A stretch of 64,000 nt of DNA from a virus. Location: positions 1-64,000 of the IMG/VR virus record IMGVR_UViG_3300025668_000798. One strand, 5' to 3'. The notes beneath the pieces were generated by a model. The model ran no database searches. It had not been told where the DNA came from and saw only the letters and a list, made by a program, of their open reading frames with translations. Every line of letters starts with the position of its first letter. Position 1 is the stretch's first letter. Positions 1-10,531 of the stretch are shown here, one piece after another. A program made the position numbers and the translations under genes.

Positions 1-598
1 GTGCGTTGTTCCAGTCTTTTTCAAACCATTCCGGAACCATGACCATATTGATTGTAACTTGTACATCGTGTTCTTGACACAGGATTAGTTTATCTGCAAA
101 GTCCTGCATCTTCTCCGTTGTATTTAAGTGTTCTGTATGTAAACTAGCAGTTATACTAGCTCGATGGAATGGCTTAACTGCTTCTACATACTTTTCAAAC
201 CACGCCATATTGCGACTACAGTTTGATGTCATGTGTACACTGGTGTAGTTGGTGTTGTCTACGTCATCAGCCAGATGTTGTAGAATGTCCAAGTAGCCAG
301 GATGGAAAGTAGGCTCACCACCACTAAGACTAAAATGATAACTATTAAATCCGTTTTCACGTGCTTGCCTCTTTATCTCATCTATGGTCCGTAAGCATAG
401 TTCTGTAGGACGGTGGTCTTTACGGTCACTGCGGGCATAAGGCCAACAGTAGGAGCATTTGTAATTACAGAATCTTCCAAGTAGCCAACTAACAGTAAAT
501 ATGTCACGATACAGCAGGGTACGCTGACCAACACTAATAATGTCGTCAAAGGGTATTTGTGTAAAGTCATAATTTGACCATTTTAAATCATCTTTCAT
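1..598 (-). CDS. Radical SAM protein, 3' end truncated by window edge (absent from ORF track)
   Basis: Manual translation from ATG at 598: MKDDLKWSNYDF...SWLLGRFCNYKCSYCW...SLSGGEPTF...HMTSN...ASLH. Open to the window edge. Contains CxxxCxxC and GGEP. Confidence 0.9.
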   Translation of the reverse strand, partial: MKDDLKWSNYDFTQIPFDDIISVGQRTLLYRDIFTVSWLLGRFCNYKCSYCWPYARSDRKDHRPTELCLRTIDEIKRQARENGFNSYHFSLSGGEPTFHPGYLDILQHLADDVDNTNYTSVHMTSNCSRNMAWFEKYVEAVKPFHRASITASLHTEHLNTTEKMQDFADKLILCQEHDVQVTINMVMVPEWFEKDWNNA

Positions 599-604
599 AT
601 TTTA

Positions 605-633
605 ATTATACAACCTTTTATGTGTCTTGTCAA
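605..633 (-). promoter_or_regulatory. Consensus sigma70-type promoter, probably leaderless
   Basis: TTGACA (633-628), 17 nt, TATAAT (610-605), then 6 nt to ATG at 598; no SD. Confidence 0.8.
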
Positions 634-643
634 TACTTATTTG

Positions 644-1909
644 TTATCTATTATGTCCAACAGTTGTTAACCACGGAAATGTTACTTTCCAATCAGTACC
701 TCTGCGTTTATCTAATTCAGTCAGTCTCCATTTTAGCATCTTAATTGCTTCATAATCTGCAGGCGTTTCGTTTATTTCTTTAAAAATAGTATTCACATAA
801 TCCATATAAGAACTATTGTTACCCTGATACATTATTTGATTCAATTCTTGTAACTCTTGTATTGTATCGTCGTAGAATCCTTCTGGCATAATTTTAGGAT
901 CAAAAAACTTTGGATCATGACATCTGTTATAGTTAACACTTACATATCGATGCTTATTCCATTCAATTACTTTACGTACAAGTGCTGGTGTAGTTTTTAA
1001 ACTTAAATTAGTTACAGTCCAATTCATAGTAGGAATAATTTCTGGACATTCATAAATTAAATAATTTATGTTTTCCTCCATTACTTCCCAATTATGAGGA
1101 AATCTAATATATTCACTTTCTGGTCCAAATGTGTCTACACTAATTACAAATACAACTTCTTTAACTGTTTTACTAAGTTCTTTTAATTTCTCGCAACCTC
1201 TTTTAAATAGTTTGGGTTTTACTTCCATGTTACTGTATATTTCAATATCGCATTCAGGATTTGGATGTTCAATCATCCAATCTACACAATCCCAAGTTTC
1301 TTTTTGAATAAACGGTTCACCACCTAGTAAGTCAAATGCTTTTAAACTACTGTAATTTTTCTCCATCCATTTGTAAAACTTTTCAAGACGCTCGTTGTAT
1401 GATTTTTCTTTTTCACTTACATCTCTAATAAACTCGTGCTTTGGCTCATACTCTTTCATTTCATTGACCCATGCACTACTATATTGCGGGCCACAATAAA
1501 CGCATTTTAAATTGCACTTATTATTAAAATGCATACTAACTTGTGTAGGCTTGATACGTGTAGCAGTAGGGTTATCATATAACTCTTTGGGTACATAACG
1601 TTTGTTATTATCATTACTTAACCATTGCATACGATCACTAGTACCGCCAATCTCTTCTTGATCTTTACAATGTTCACAGCCCCATCCATCAGCAGGCCAA
1701 TCGCCTTTGAGCATTTTTTCTCTATGCTCTAACCATTTTGGTTCATTATGAAAATCAAAATCTTTACCGATCTGTGCCATACCATTCCTGTGGCAACTAC
1801 TACTCGTATTATCCCACAAACTTAAAGTTACTTGGCTCCATTTTAATAAACAAGCCCTATCTCCTTTTGCAGGGAACCAATCTGGATTTTTCCATTCTTT
1901 TTTGCTCAT
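644..1909 (-). CDS. N-terminal twitch-domain radical SAM protein
   Basis: N-terminal C..W...SSCH...CEHC, then CNLKCVYC, GGEPF, and C-terminal LDKRRG..W...FP. Confidence 0.88.
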   Translation of the reverse strand: MSKKEWKNPDWFPAKGDRACLLKWSQVTLSLWDNTSSSCHRNGMAQIGKDFDFHNEPKWLEHREKMLKGDWPADGWGCEHCKDQEEIGGTSDRMQWLSNDNNKRYVPKELYDNPTATRIKPTQVSMHFNNKCNLKCVYCGPQYSSAWVNEMKEYEPKHEFIRDVSEKEKSYNERLEKFYKWMEKNYSSLKAFDLLGGEPFIQKETWDCVDWMIEHPNPECDIEIYSNMEVKPKLFKRGCEKLKELSKTVKEVVFVISVDTFGPESEYIRFPHNWEVMEENINYLIYECPEIIPTMNWTVTNLSLKTTPALVRKVIEWNKHRYVSVNYNRCHDPKFFDPKIMPEGFYDDTIQELQELNQIMYQGNNSSYMDYVNTIFKEINETPADYEAIKMLKWRLTELDKRRGTDWKVTFPWLTTVGHNR

Positions 1910-3072
1910 ATATATTCTCTTAATTTTAATAAATTACTGTCTTTCTTTTGTGCAGCAATATTAGATATCCAATTATCTAAATGTATATCATTTTGTTCTT
2001 GTGTACCAATTCTATTATGTAATTGTTCCAACCATTTATATGTATGACTATATTGTCCATCGTCTAAAAATAAATCTTTATTATCTTTTATAATTTTTAA
2101 TGTTTCTTTTACATGTGCTTTATATGAAGAATCTAATCTAGCTGGATCTAACTCATTAGGCCAGTTGACCCAATTACCAAATATAGCTAATTTAGTATCT
2201 GTTTTACGCAGTTGTTCTATAACCCATAAAAAATATGTATTCATATGTTTAAGAGTAAAAATATTTGGCGTAGGTGCTAATGTAACATTTACAATTCGAG
2301 GATGATTTATATAATCTTTAAAATTACTTTGAAAACGATTCCAGTCTAGTCCGTATCTTACTGCTTCAGCAACTTCTCCTGTTGCTTCGTTGCTTATTCC
2401 TAAACTTATTCCCCATTTAGAAGGTAATCTATCAAACAAGTCTAACAACTTTTTTTGATTTTTAGCAGTTGCATTACCGTTTGTTAACACACTAAAATTA
2501 ATATTCTTGTTGTAAATAGAAGTCTTTTCTAAAATTAGTTCCATAAACTTATAGAAATTTTTACTATAACTTATTTCGCCTCCTAAAAAACTAAGAGGTA
2601 TAAATGGTTGCTTGATTGCAACTTTTTCAAACCAATCTATAAAAGTTTCCATATGCTCAGGATCAGGTACATTCATAACTTTTTTATGTCCTAATTCTTG
2701 TGCAATACGACTACTACTAGTAGCATCACAATACACACATGCCATATCACATATGTTATCTAAGGTGATTTCGATATTATCAATATTGCGATTTACCTGC
2801 GTTGCGTCTGTCCACTTATTTTTAAAATCTCTATATGCGGTATTTGTTTCTTTGTAGCTATTCCAACAAAAATTACATGCAGAATTTTCAACACCACTTA
2901 CTAAATCTTTTCTTAAATTTTGTATATGCGTACTATTGTTAAAAAAGTCTTCTGTGACTATCTCAGGAAAAGGTTCACGTTTGCTTTTGCAACAATGACT
3001 AAGTGTTTTAGCACCAAAGTCAATATTTAAATCATACCATGCTGCACTACATAATGTTTTATTTAATGCCAA
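1906..3072 (-). CDS. N-terminal twitch-domain radical SAM protein
   Basis: LCSAAW...HCCK...CNFC, then CDMACVYC and GGEI. Confidence 0.85.
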   Translation of the reverse strand: MALNKTLCSAAWYDLNIDFGAKTLSHCCKSKREPFPEIVTEDFFNNSTHIQNLRKDLVSGVENSACNFCWNSYKETNTAYRDFKNKWTDATQVNRNIDNIEITLDNICDMACVYCDATSSSRIAQELGHKKVMNVPDPEHMETFIDWFEKVAIKQPFIPLSFLGGEISYSKNFYKFMELILEKTSIYNKNINFSVLTNGNATAKNQKKLLDLFDRLPSKWGISLGISNEATGEVAEAVRYGLDWNRFQSNFKDYINHPRIVNVTLAPTPNIFTLKHMNTYFLWVIEQLRKTDTKLAIFGNWVNWPNELDPARLDSSYKAHVKETLKIIKDNKDLFLDDGQYSHTYKWLEQLHNRIGTQEQNDIHLDNWISNIAAQKKDSNLLKLREYI

Positions 3073-4031
3073 TGTATATATGTACCTATGTTTTGCTGAT
3101 TGCTTTTATGATAACTATTGTCTTTTGGAAAATCTTGCGGTTTATTTGTACGTGGATCAATAAAACTTGTAGCTTTATTATCTTTGTATCCTAATCCTAA
3201 TAACACTGTAACTTTCTTACCCGGTCTTCCTAATGCATCAGAGACCGCACTAGGATCTTGTATACACGCACAATAACCAGTACTTAATCCTCTACTTTGT
3301 GCATTCCAAATAATAAAACTACTTGCTATTCCTATTTCAAGAAAAGATTCGTAATCAACATCGCCCCTTGGAGTAAATGCAAAAAGATACGGTGCAAGCA
3401 CTTGTGGGTTTCCCCAGTCTTCTTCTGCACTATGATCAGGGTCTCTCCAACACCACTCAAATATATTATGTCTAAGTTTTTCATTTCCCCAATCCATAAC
3501 ATCTAAATAATACGGTGTTCTAGATTGTTTGCTAGGAGCATATACATGCAAATCTAATAATATATCTTCAACTGTACTTGCTGGTACTAGCTCGTTTTTC
3601 CATCCAAAAGTAGTTTTTCGTTCTTTGATTAAATCACTAAAATTTCTAGTATAATTTGCTTCTTCTAATTTTGTAAAATTTTCTTTTAAGAGTGCCATTG
3701 CTTCTATTGCAATATACAAATCATTATCTAAATCTTTGAAAAGTTGATGTAATCTGCTTTCTATATATGCGTAAGTAGCCAACTCTATTCTTATATCTTT
3801 TAATACCAACTTACCATTTTGTACAAACTTATGAGATATTTCAGTAATTCTATTTGCATCTTGATGTAATAAGCAGCGTGATATACCCCACAAAATATAT
3901 TTTATATCTCGTTTACATCTGTAATGATCGTTAGTACGTTGTCTAAAAAAATTATGTCTTACAAAGTTCATACTATCCTCACTGAGAGAATCAATTTCTT
4001 TGTGTAAAAAATGATATCCTATTAAGCTCAT
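3063..4031 (-). CDS. Nitroreductase-family flavoprotein with extra N-terminal helical domain
   Basis: C-terminal half has ERKTTFGW...APSKQSRTPY...EIGIA...AQSRGLSTGYC...LGLGY, typical of the nitroreductase fold. Confidence 0.75.
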   Translation of the reverse strand: MSLIGYHFLHKEIDSLSEDSMNFVRHNFFRQRTNDHYRCKRDIKYILWGISRCLLHQDANRITEISHKFVQNGKLVLKDIRIELATYAYIESRLHQLFKDLDNDLYIAIEAMALLKENFTKLEEANYTRNFSDLIKERKTTFGWKNELVPASTVEDILLDLHVYAPSKQSRTPYYLDVMDWGNEKLRHNIFEWCWRDPDHSAEEDWGNPQVLAPYLFAFTPRGDVDYESFLEIGIASSFIIWNAQSRGLSTGYCACIQDPSAVSDALGRPGKKVTVLLGLGYKDNKATSFIDPRTNKPQDFPKDNSYHKSNQQNIGTYIHWH

Positions 4032-4049
4032 ATTATTATATCTCCAAAG

Positions 4050-4065
4050 TATTTAGCACTAAATA
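4050..4065. promoter_or_regulatory. Back-to-back divergent TAAATA (late-type) promoter pair
   Basis: TATTTAGCACTAAATA between divergent genes starting at 4031(-) and 4095(+); resembles T4 late TATAAATA. Confidence 0.6.
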
Positions 4066-4094
4066 TACGCATATAATGAAGAAAAGGATCTAGC

Positions 4095-4829
4095 ATGTAC
4101 ACAGTAACAGAATGGGGAGTAAGCAACGAGCCTCCTGAAATTTTTGCAGACAGAAATAAGTATCCAGCAAAACCGTCTTATCCACAAGACTTAACAAACT
4201 CACGTGATATACACATGAGCAATAAATTAGATTATTTGCCAATTGTAGGCTTTGAAGATGCAGATTGGGAGAAGATGCTATCTGAGGCAAAAAACTTAGA
4301 AAAGCATTATGTACCGCATAGACACCACGAAAGTCATAGTGGATGGAGTAGTTTATGTATACACGGACTTAGCAGCGTACATACCGAATCGCATCATACA
4401 TATGGATTCGAAGATAGAAAAGATGCGCCTTATAGATGGACCGACGTTGCTGATTGGTGTCCTACAATTAGAGATTTTTTTGAAAATAGATTTGATTATA
4501 AGCAGTATGACAGAATAAGAATTATGAAACTATCCCCTGGTGGTTGGATCATTCCACACAGAGATAGTATTACATTAGACGAAAATCATATTGGTCCGAC
4601 TAACATAGCATTAAATAATCCAGAAGACTGCCATTTTTATATGGACAACATTGGTTACTTGCCTTGGGAACAAGGACGAATTATAAAACTAAATTTATAC
4701 AACTTGCATTGTGTATATAATTGGAGCAACGAAGATAGATATCATATTATTGCACACGGCCGACTAGGCGATGGATGGAACAATCGTATAGAAGAAAGTT
4801 ATCATCATTGGAGAAAAATTTATGTATAA
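4095..4829 (+). CDS. Aspartyl/asparaginyl beta-hydroxylase-like Fe(II)/2OG dioxygenase
   Basis: GWSSLCIHG, RIRIMKLSPGGWIIPHRD (HxD), distal HCVYN..EDRYH. Confidence 0.8.
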   Translation: MYTVTEWGVSNEPPEIFADRNKYPAKPSYPQDLTNSRDIHMSNKLDYLPIVGFEDADWEKMLSEAKNLEKHYVPHRHHESHSGWSSLCIHGLSSVHTESHHTYGFEDRKDAPYRWTDVADWCPTIRDFFENRFDYKQYDRIRIMKLSPGGWIIPHRDSITLDENHIGPTNIALNNPEDCHFYMDNIGYLPWEQGRIIKLNLYNLHCVYNWSNEDRYHIIAHGRLGDGWNNRIEESYHHWRKIYV

Positions 4830-6120
4830 TATACAACATGCCGTTGTTGTACCTAAACATATAAAAGAAACACTAGACCGTGATTTATATCAAAGTTGGA
4901 TGCTATACTATCAACGTGGACATTATGTAAAGCAAAGCACTAGCGAACATCCATTTGTTTTTGCTGAAACGGTTGACGAAATACTTGCTATTATAAAAGA
5001 TAAAGATACCGAATATTTAATATTAACATGGTTTGGTATGTATAGTTCAGACTTTTGGCATGTGCATGATCTTTGTATAGACAATATTGAAAGTCACAGA
5101 ACATTTGCACAAGACGAGTGGTCTGTTCTAAGTGACAATAATAAAAACACAATACAAATGGTAAATTTAAAAGAGTGGAAAAAGCAAGGATGTCCTGCGT
5201 ATGCCGACTTTAGTAAAAAATCTAAAACAATTAATAAGCGTATAGTAGAAAAATTACTAGATAGCAAGGCAATAGAAAATCCTAGAGCATGGAACGAAGA
5301 ACTTTTACATTTCACCCAGCTACCTATTATACAAACCAATATTACTGATTTGCTTACAAAGCTAATAACTACACGAAATCCAAGACATGCTAACACGCAC
5401 GATAAGGGCGTATTCTTCTTGTATAACACTGAAGCTATATGTACAGACAAAGAACGTCTAGGCACCGTACAGGGCGCTATAAACACTGTTATAGGCCCTT
5501 GTAGCATGTTTAAAGCATTCATACTAGGAAGTAAGTATTTAAATGCTGTTGACAATTATTTACACTTTGACATATTTGATCGAAACTTACAATGGAAAAA
5601 ACTTATTACCGAAAACTGGAATGGTACAAAAAAAGGACTTATAAAAACATTAGAATTATGTCACGACGATGGCGACGGAGATTTTAGTTTTTGGAGTAAC
5701 GGTAGTCAAAACATAATTGATAAACAATGGAATGTTTTAATTGAAGAGCTAGGTAGTGCAGAAAAGATTGAAGCAGCATGGAAAATATATCAAACAAAAC
5801 ATCATGCATATGCATTAAGTAACATGTTGTTTGACGACACTGAAATTATTAATTGTTTAGAAAATTTTAATATTACTGGTATATATCATGCTATAGGCGA
5901 CATACCTGGATTTAGAAGTAATGCTTTACAGTTTGGATTGCAACAAATTAATAGTCTAACAAGAACACACCTTAAACGTGTTGCCAAAGTAAATCAAAAT
6001 GTTTATGTAGATATAAAAGTTCCAGCGTCTGATTTACAGAAGTTTAAAAAGTATGATGAAATTATCGAAGATTTAGACAACGACTACGAAAAATTTTCTT
6101 TCGAACGATACTCAGAATAA
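4822..6120 (+). CDS. Hypothetical protein, paralog of 13816..15177 (possible GT-like plus Rossmann-like domains)
   Basis: 432-aa ORF overlapping the upstream gene; motifs VNLKEWK, FLYNTE, LHFD resemble LNIKK, YVYNTD, MFAD in the paralog. Confidence 0.55.
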   Translation: MYNIQHAVVVPKHIKETLDRDLYQSWMLYYQRGHYVKQSTSEHPFVFAETVDEILAIIKDKDTEYLILTWFGMYSSDFWHVHDLCIDNIESHRTFAQDEWSVLSDNNKNTIQMVNLKEWKKQGCPAYADFSKKSKTINKRIVEKLLDSKAIENPRAWNEELLHFTQLPIIQTNITDLLTKLITTRNPRHANTHDKGVFFLYNTEAICTDKERLGTVQGAINTVIGPCSMFKAFILGSKYLNAVDNYLHFDIFDRNLQWKKLITENWNGTKKGLIKTLELCHDDGDGDFSFWSNGSQNIIDKQWNVLIEELGSAEKIEAAWKIYQTKHHAYALSNMLFDDTEIINCLENFNITGIYHAIGDIPGFRSNALQFGLQQINSLTRTHLKRVAKVNQNVYVDIKVPASDLQKFKKYDEIIEDLDNDYEKFSFERYSE

Positions 6121-7325
6121 TTATCAAACAAGTTAGTGCCGTGATAGTTATCTAATGCGGCACTATAATCTAAAAACTGCTGCCATTTATCATTTCTATC
6201 TTCACTATTCATATAATTTAATGTATTAGTTGCAAACTTTTTGATTCTGTCAAGTTGTTTTTGTACATCAACCTTAACACTAACGTCTTGTATATATTCT
6301 TTTGCTTCATTATTGTACCATGCCCAAAATTCTTCCGTAATTTGGTGTTTTAATTCAGCAGGTAATAATTTTATGTTTAAAGCTTCTGGATATTGTACTA
6401 GACTTGAATGAAAATATACATCTAAACTACAGAAATACTTAACAATATTAGTAAATCTTGTTATGTTGTATAAATTTACTGTACACGTAGCACTGATATC
6501 AGTATTTGTCAGTGTATTATTTAATAATTTAATATTTTCTTCAACTTTATCTAAATTTCCTGCTGCTCTTACGTATTCGTAACAACTAGGATCGCCGTCT
6601 ATACTTACTCGTAGCCATATTTTTTTAAAATTCTTCCATAAATCTAACACACTCTTGCCTTTGTATTCTAATATGTTGAGATTTGTGTTGTAGCTTAGTC
6701 TAATATTTTTTGCATAAGGTTGCATGTCTTCTAAGAATTTGTAATGCTTACTATGATACAAAGGTTCACCGCCTGCAATCATTATTTCTTCTAGATTTGG
6801 TGCAAGCTCGTTTGCTATTTCGTCAACCATTTCCTGTGTTAGACTAACGTGTTTTACATCTTTTCTATATGTACCGTACTCTACCATTTTATCTAGTAGA
6901 GCAGAATCACGTTTTACTGCCTGTTCCCATACGCTACTAAAATCTGGACTACAATGCCTACACATAAGATTACAAATATTATCAAATCTTATTTCTACAC
7001 TTCGTATATACTTCTCAGGAAAACTATAATCTTCGCTAATATTTTCTTTTACAAACTTTTCATCAACATAAGGAAAGGTTTGTGTGCATTGTTGACGAGT
7101 GCTTATACTACCGCTTTTTTCCATATCCCAACAACTACGACATCCAGTATTTTGAACACCATTAAGTAAATCTTTACGAACCTGCTTTATAGCATCATCA
7201 TTCCATACTTCTTGTAATTTTTGTGTTCTGTAGTCACCAAGTTTATCTGGAAATCTCCAACAGGCACTTACTTTGCCTTCTTGTTTTATATTGAGATGTG
7301 TAAAAGGCATAGGACAGAAAGTCAT
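6084..7325 (-). CDS. N-terminal twitch-domain radical SAM protein
   Basis: FCPMPF...SACW...CRSCW..E..G..STR, then CNLMCRHC and GGEPL. Confidence 0.9.
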   Translation of the reverse strand: MTFCPMPFTHLNIKQEGKVSACWRFPDKLGDYRTQKLQEVWNDDAIKQVRKDLLNGVQNTGCRSCWDMEKSGSISTRQQCTQTFPYVDEKFVKENISEDYSFPEKYIRSVEIRFDNICNLMCRHCSPDFSSVWEQAVKRDSALLDKMVEYGTYRKDVKHVSLTQEMVDEIANELAPNLEEIMIAGGEPLYHSKHYKFLEDMQPYAKNIRLSYNTNLNILEYKGKSVLDLWKNFKKIWLRVSIDGDPSCYEYVRAAGNLDKVEENIKLLNNTLTNTDISATCTVNLYNITRFTNIVKYFCSLDVYFHSSLVQYPEALNIKLLPAELKHQITEEFWAWYNNEAKEYIQDVSVKVDVQKQLDRIKKFATNTLNYMNSEDRNDKWQQFLDYSAALDNYHGTNLFDNYSEYRSKENFS

Positions 7326-8686
7326 TACATTTTTCCTTTGTAATCTACATACGATTCAATCTGCTTCCACAATTCGGGCAATGCATCTTGTAATTTTTGT
7401 TTACGTAGTTTATCAAGGTCTGCACTAAATTCAACAAAGTCTTGTAAACTATTATTAGTTGGTTTGTTAAGACTGCTTATAATATGTTTTATCATATATC
7501 TAAATCGTACAAAGATTTCATATTCATCTAAATTATCAACTTGTTTTGATTGTTTTTTAATTATGTTTTCAAGTTTGGTAATTACGCCTTGTTTATCTGG
7601 CAACATTGTGCTAGTTAAATATGCAGGAGTTTGTAACATTGTAGGACTAAATCTTGCTATCTCGTATATGTAACTTACATCAGTACCTTGTTTATTTTTT
7701 CGAGTATACTTTGAATACAAATCATTGTTTACAATAAATTTAGGTCCATAAATTTCTGTTTGTAAATTTTCCCACCAATGCCACATATCAGGAAGTTGTA
7801 AAATATTATACAAACTAATAGTAGGTGAAAAGACAATATCAAAATTTTCATGTTCTTTGGCTAAACTTAACCATTTTTTTGCACTTTCTTCGACATCGCT
7901 CCATTTGCTAGGATATCTTATATAATCGTTTACATCTTCTAACCCGTCTACACTTAAATATATCTGCACTAGTCCAAACTGTTTTAGTCTATCAATAATT
8001 TTAGCTTTAGGTACCCAACTACAATTAGTATAAATTTGTAGCATAATATTATCAGTGTGTCCGCTTTCAATAACTTTATCAATAAAAGGTATAAACGTAG
8101 GAACAATCATAGGCTCCCCGCCTGTCATTTTTATTAATTGTGTTTCTTTAAAATCATCAGCTGTAAAATCTAAATTTATAATTTGAGGACGTTTACTAAA
8201 ATCATATCTATCATCATAGTGTTTGCTAAGTTCTTTATCATCAGCATCCCACGTTGTACTTAAATCACTACTACACATACGACATGCAAGATTGCAATAT
8301 CGACCTGTAGTTAGTTCTAAATATTTAAAACTAAGTTCTTCGTTTACAGGTATTGGCCTAAATTCGTTTTGTTCGTTCCATGCATTATTAGCATTGAAGC
8401 GCATACTAAATTTATCGCCGGAGTCTTCTTTATCGCACTTATGACACCCTGGTATTTTTTTACCATCTAGCATGTCTTGACGTAATTCACTCCAGAAGTC
8501 ACTTTCCATTATTTCTTTAAATGACTTTTCTTTTACATTATATTGCGTCATAACAGGCTCGCCTTTGTCATTCCTGTAGGCAGCGTTCATATGATCAAAC
8601 CGACAACAAGGTTTGGCTTGTCCGTTTGGTTTCAATTGCATATGAATCCAAGGATATATACAAAAACTATTTTTTACTACTGTCAT
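7325..8686 (-). CDS. N-terminal twitch-domain radical SAM protein
   Basis: FCIYPW...PCC...CHKC...SMR, then CNLACRMC and GGEPM. Confidence 0.9.
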   Translation of the reverse strand: MTVVKNSFCIYPWIHMQLKPNGQAKPCCRFDHMNAAYRNDKGEPVMTQYNVKEKSFKEIMESDFWSELRQDMLDGKKIPGCHKCDKEDSGDKFSMRFNANNAWNEQNEFRPIPVNEELSFKYLELTTGRYCNLACRMCSSDLSTTWDADDKELSKHYDDRYDFSKRPQIINLDFTADDFKETQLIKMTGGEPMIVPTFIPFIDKVIESGHTDNIMLQIYTNCSWVPKAKIIDRLKQFGLVQIYLSVDGLEDVNDYIRYPSKWSDVEESAKKWLSLAKEHENFDIVFSPTISLYNILQLPDMWHWWENLQTEIYGPKFIVNNDLYSKYTRKNKQGTDVSYIYEIARFSPTMLQTPAYLTSTMLPDKQGVITKLENIIKKQSKQVDNLDEYEIFVRFRYMIKHIISSLNKPTNNSLQDFVEFSADLDKLRKQKLQDALPELWKQIESYVDYKGKM

Positions 8687-9707
8687 TTACATATACCGTT
8701 TTGTTTTGAGTGTTCTTGCCACATGTTCTTGCACATGTTAACAGTTTGCCTTCTGCTATACTTTTTAATTTAAATCGTCTCTCAATATCATATAAATTTT
8801 CAATTGCTTCTTCAGGTGTAACTTTATGCAAATCAACTTTACTCATATCAAATTCTTGATTAAATTGATATGCTCCTGGACTATCGTGGTGCAATGTTCC
8901 TAAAAAACAACAAGGCATTAAATGACCTGTATGTGCTAAAAATAACTCTTTCCAATTTTGTATTTGACAATCAATTTCTACATTATCAAACGGAGTAGGT
9001 TTATCTAATTTAAATTTAAATTGTGCAGGACCAGGAAAATGGTTTTGCTCACCAACATTTGGATGTCTATATTCAGGTGTTTCAGGAGGCTCTAAATCAT
9101 ACAAGCGATCACCGTCTTCCATAACTGCCCAGTTTTTATGTCCTCTAAACTTTTGTGTTACTTTGAGTCTAAAGTCCATACCTAAACTAGCAGCAAGTTC
9201 TTTTGCTTCTTCAACTTGATGTTCGTTGTGTTTAAAAACAATAAACGTCCACGCACCGTTGCCGCCTGCTTCTTGGAAAGCATTTACATTACGCCATACC
9301 TTATCCCAAACAACGCCACGTCTATATAAATGATTTGTATCTTCTAACCCATCAAGTGCAAAATGTACTCTTGTATTCATTGCACCTAATTCTGCCCACC
9401 ATTTTGCACTACGATATCCAGCGTTGGTATCTATTGCAACATCAACTTTATGTTTTTTAAACCACTTGACATAATCTACTAAACTTTTATTTAGACAAGG
9501 ATCTCCGTATACGCCACTAAAGTATACATGATCTAAATTACCAGTTCGTTCTTCGGTAAAAAACTTATAAAACATTTCGTCTTCTAAGTCCATTGTATTA
9601 AGTCCTGGTTGTAAATATCCATCAGTGGTAAATCTACTGCACATAGGACATTTACTATTACATCTACCGCTGGCTTCTATATGTACACGTTTTAAATCAG
9701 GAACCAT
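8667..9707 (-). CDS. Radical SAM protein with C-terminal twitch/SPASM domain
   Basis: CNSKCPMC near N-terminus, SGVYGDP, C-terminal C...PCC...CARTC. Confidence 0.88.
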   Translation of the reverse strand: MVPDLKRVHIEASGRCNSKCPMCSRFTTDGYLQPGLNTMDLEDEMFYKFFTEERTGNLDHVYFSGVYGDPCLNKSLVDYVKWFKKHKVDVAIDTNAGYRSAKWWAELGAMNTRVHFALDGLEDTNHLYRRGVVWDKVWRNVNAFQEAGGNGAWTFIVFKHNEHQVEEAKELAASLGMDFRLKVTQKFRGHKNWAVMEDGDRLYDLEPPETPEYRHPNVGEQNHFPGPAQFKFKLDKPTPFDNVEIDCQIQNWKELFLAHTGHLMPCCFLGTLHHDSPGAYQFNQEFDMSKVDLHKVTPEEAIENLYDIERRFKLKSIAEGKLLTCARTCGKNTQNKTVYVNDSSKK

Positions 9708-10531
9708 TAAAGTTTCCTTGTTGTCATTAGGCTAAGTCCTGCTTTCATTGTTACTTTGTACTTAGGAAAGTCCATGCCACTATGAGCTTGACATCGATCA
9801 AAGGCAATTAAACTTCCTCTATCCCAATTGTACATTGCTTCAAAATCAAATCCATCTAACCAGCGAGCTGGAAAATGACTTAGGTATTTTTCTCTTACTT
9901 CTGGATCAAACGATTTATTCCAATCAACTTCTTTTATACTACCGTCTTTATTGTAGCATGTTAAGTTATCATAATTTCGAACTGTATAAAACACATCAGT
10001 ATCATATTTACTATCACTTTTTGCAAAATTAGTACCATATTTTATAAATCTATTATCAAATAAACATGTGCCGCCGGGAGGATACTTGTCAGTACCCTTG
10101 TATGTTTTGTTGGTATGTCCTACCCACAAAGGTATAATAATTTGTCTACCTGGTACTAGTCCGCGATCCATTAAATATTCTGGACGTCCTGTGTCAATAT
10201 GTAAATTGTAAGGACTTGCAGTCATGACAAAATTGCCTTCCCACATGCCTGTTTGCTCTAGCTCTGGTATATACTTTTTCCATTTATCAAAAAACTTATC
10301 TTCGATAGCAGCATTATCACTAAAGAAATGAAGTGTTCCAGTTTCTTTTACACGCATTTTATTATAGCGTTTTAACATGTGTTCTTTTAGCCATTCTAGC
10401 TCGTCTTCGTCCATGACGTCTTGAATTTGAAAACTATCAGCCCATGTTTCTTTCCATGCTGCATGATATTCTTCAGGAACTTCAAAATCTATTTTTTCAT
10501 TAGGGTCGGTGTCTAGTTTTGCTATACTCAT
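9707..10531 (-). CDS. Putative Fe(II)/2OG dioxygenase
   Basis: LHID (HxD) and W.RGSLIAFDRCQAHSG...K, consistent with a DSBH fold. Confidence 0.6.
   Translation of the reverse strand: MSIAKLDTDPNEKIDFEVPEEYHAAWKETWADSFQIQDVMDEDELEWLKEHMLKRYNKMRVKETGTLHFFSDNAAIEDKFFDKWKKYIPELEQTGMWEGNFVMTASPYNLHIDTGRPEYLMDRGLVPGRQIIIPLWVGHTNKTYKGTDKYPPGGTCLFDNRFIKYGTNFAKSDSKYDTDVFYTVRNYDNLTCYNKDGSIKEVDWNKSFDPEVREKYLSHFPARWLDGFDFEAMYNWDRGSLIAFDRCQAHSGMDFPKYKVTMKAGLSLMTTRKL

Noticed and set aside
382-570. 62-aa ORF in the track
   Set aside because: Out-of-frame shadow within the real radical SAM gene 1..598
1-598. Viperin-like antiviral rSAM (CNYKC motif), also considered for 31907..32869
   Set aside because: Lacks the viperin N[YF]H motif before the Cys triad and the S.DS motif; the full-length relative has a Cys-rich C-terminal domain that viperins lack
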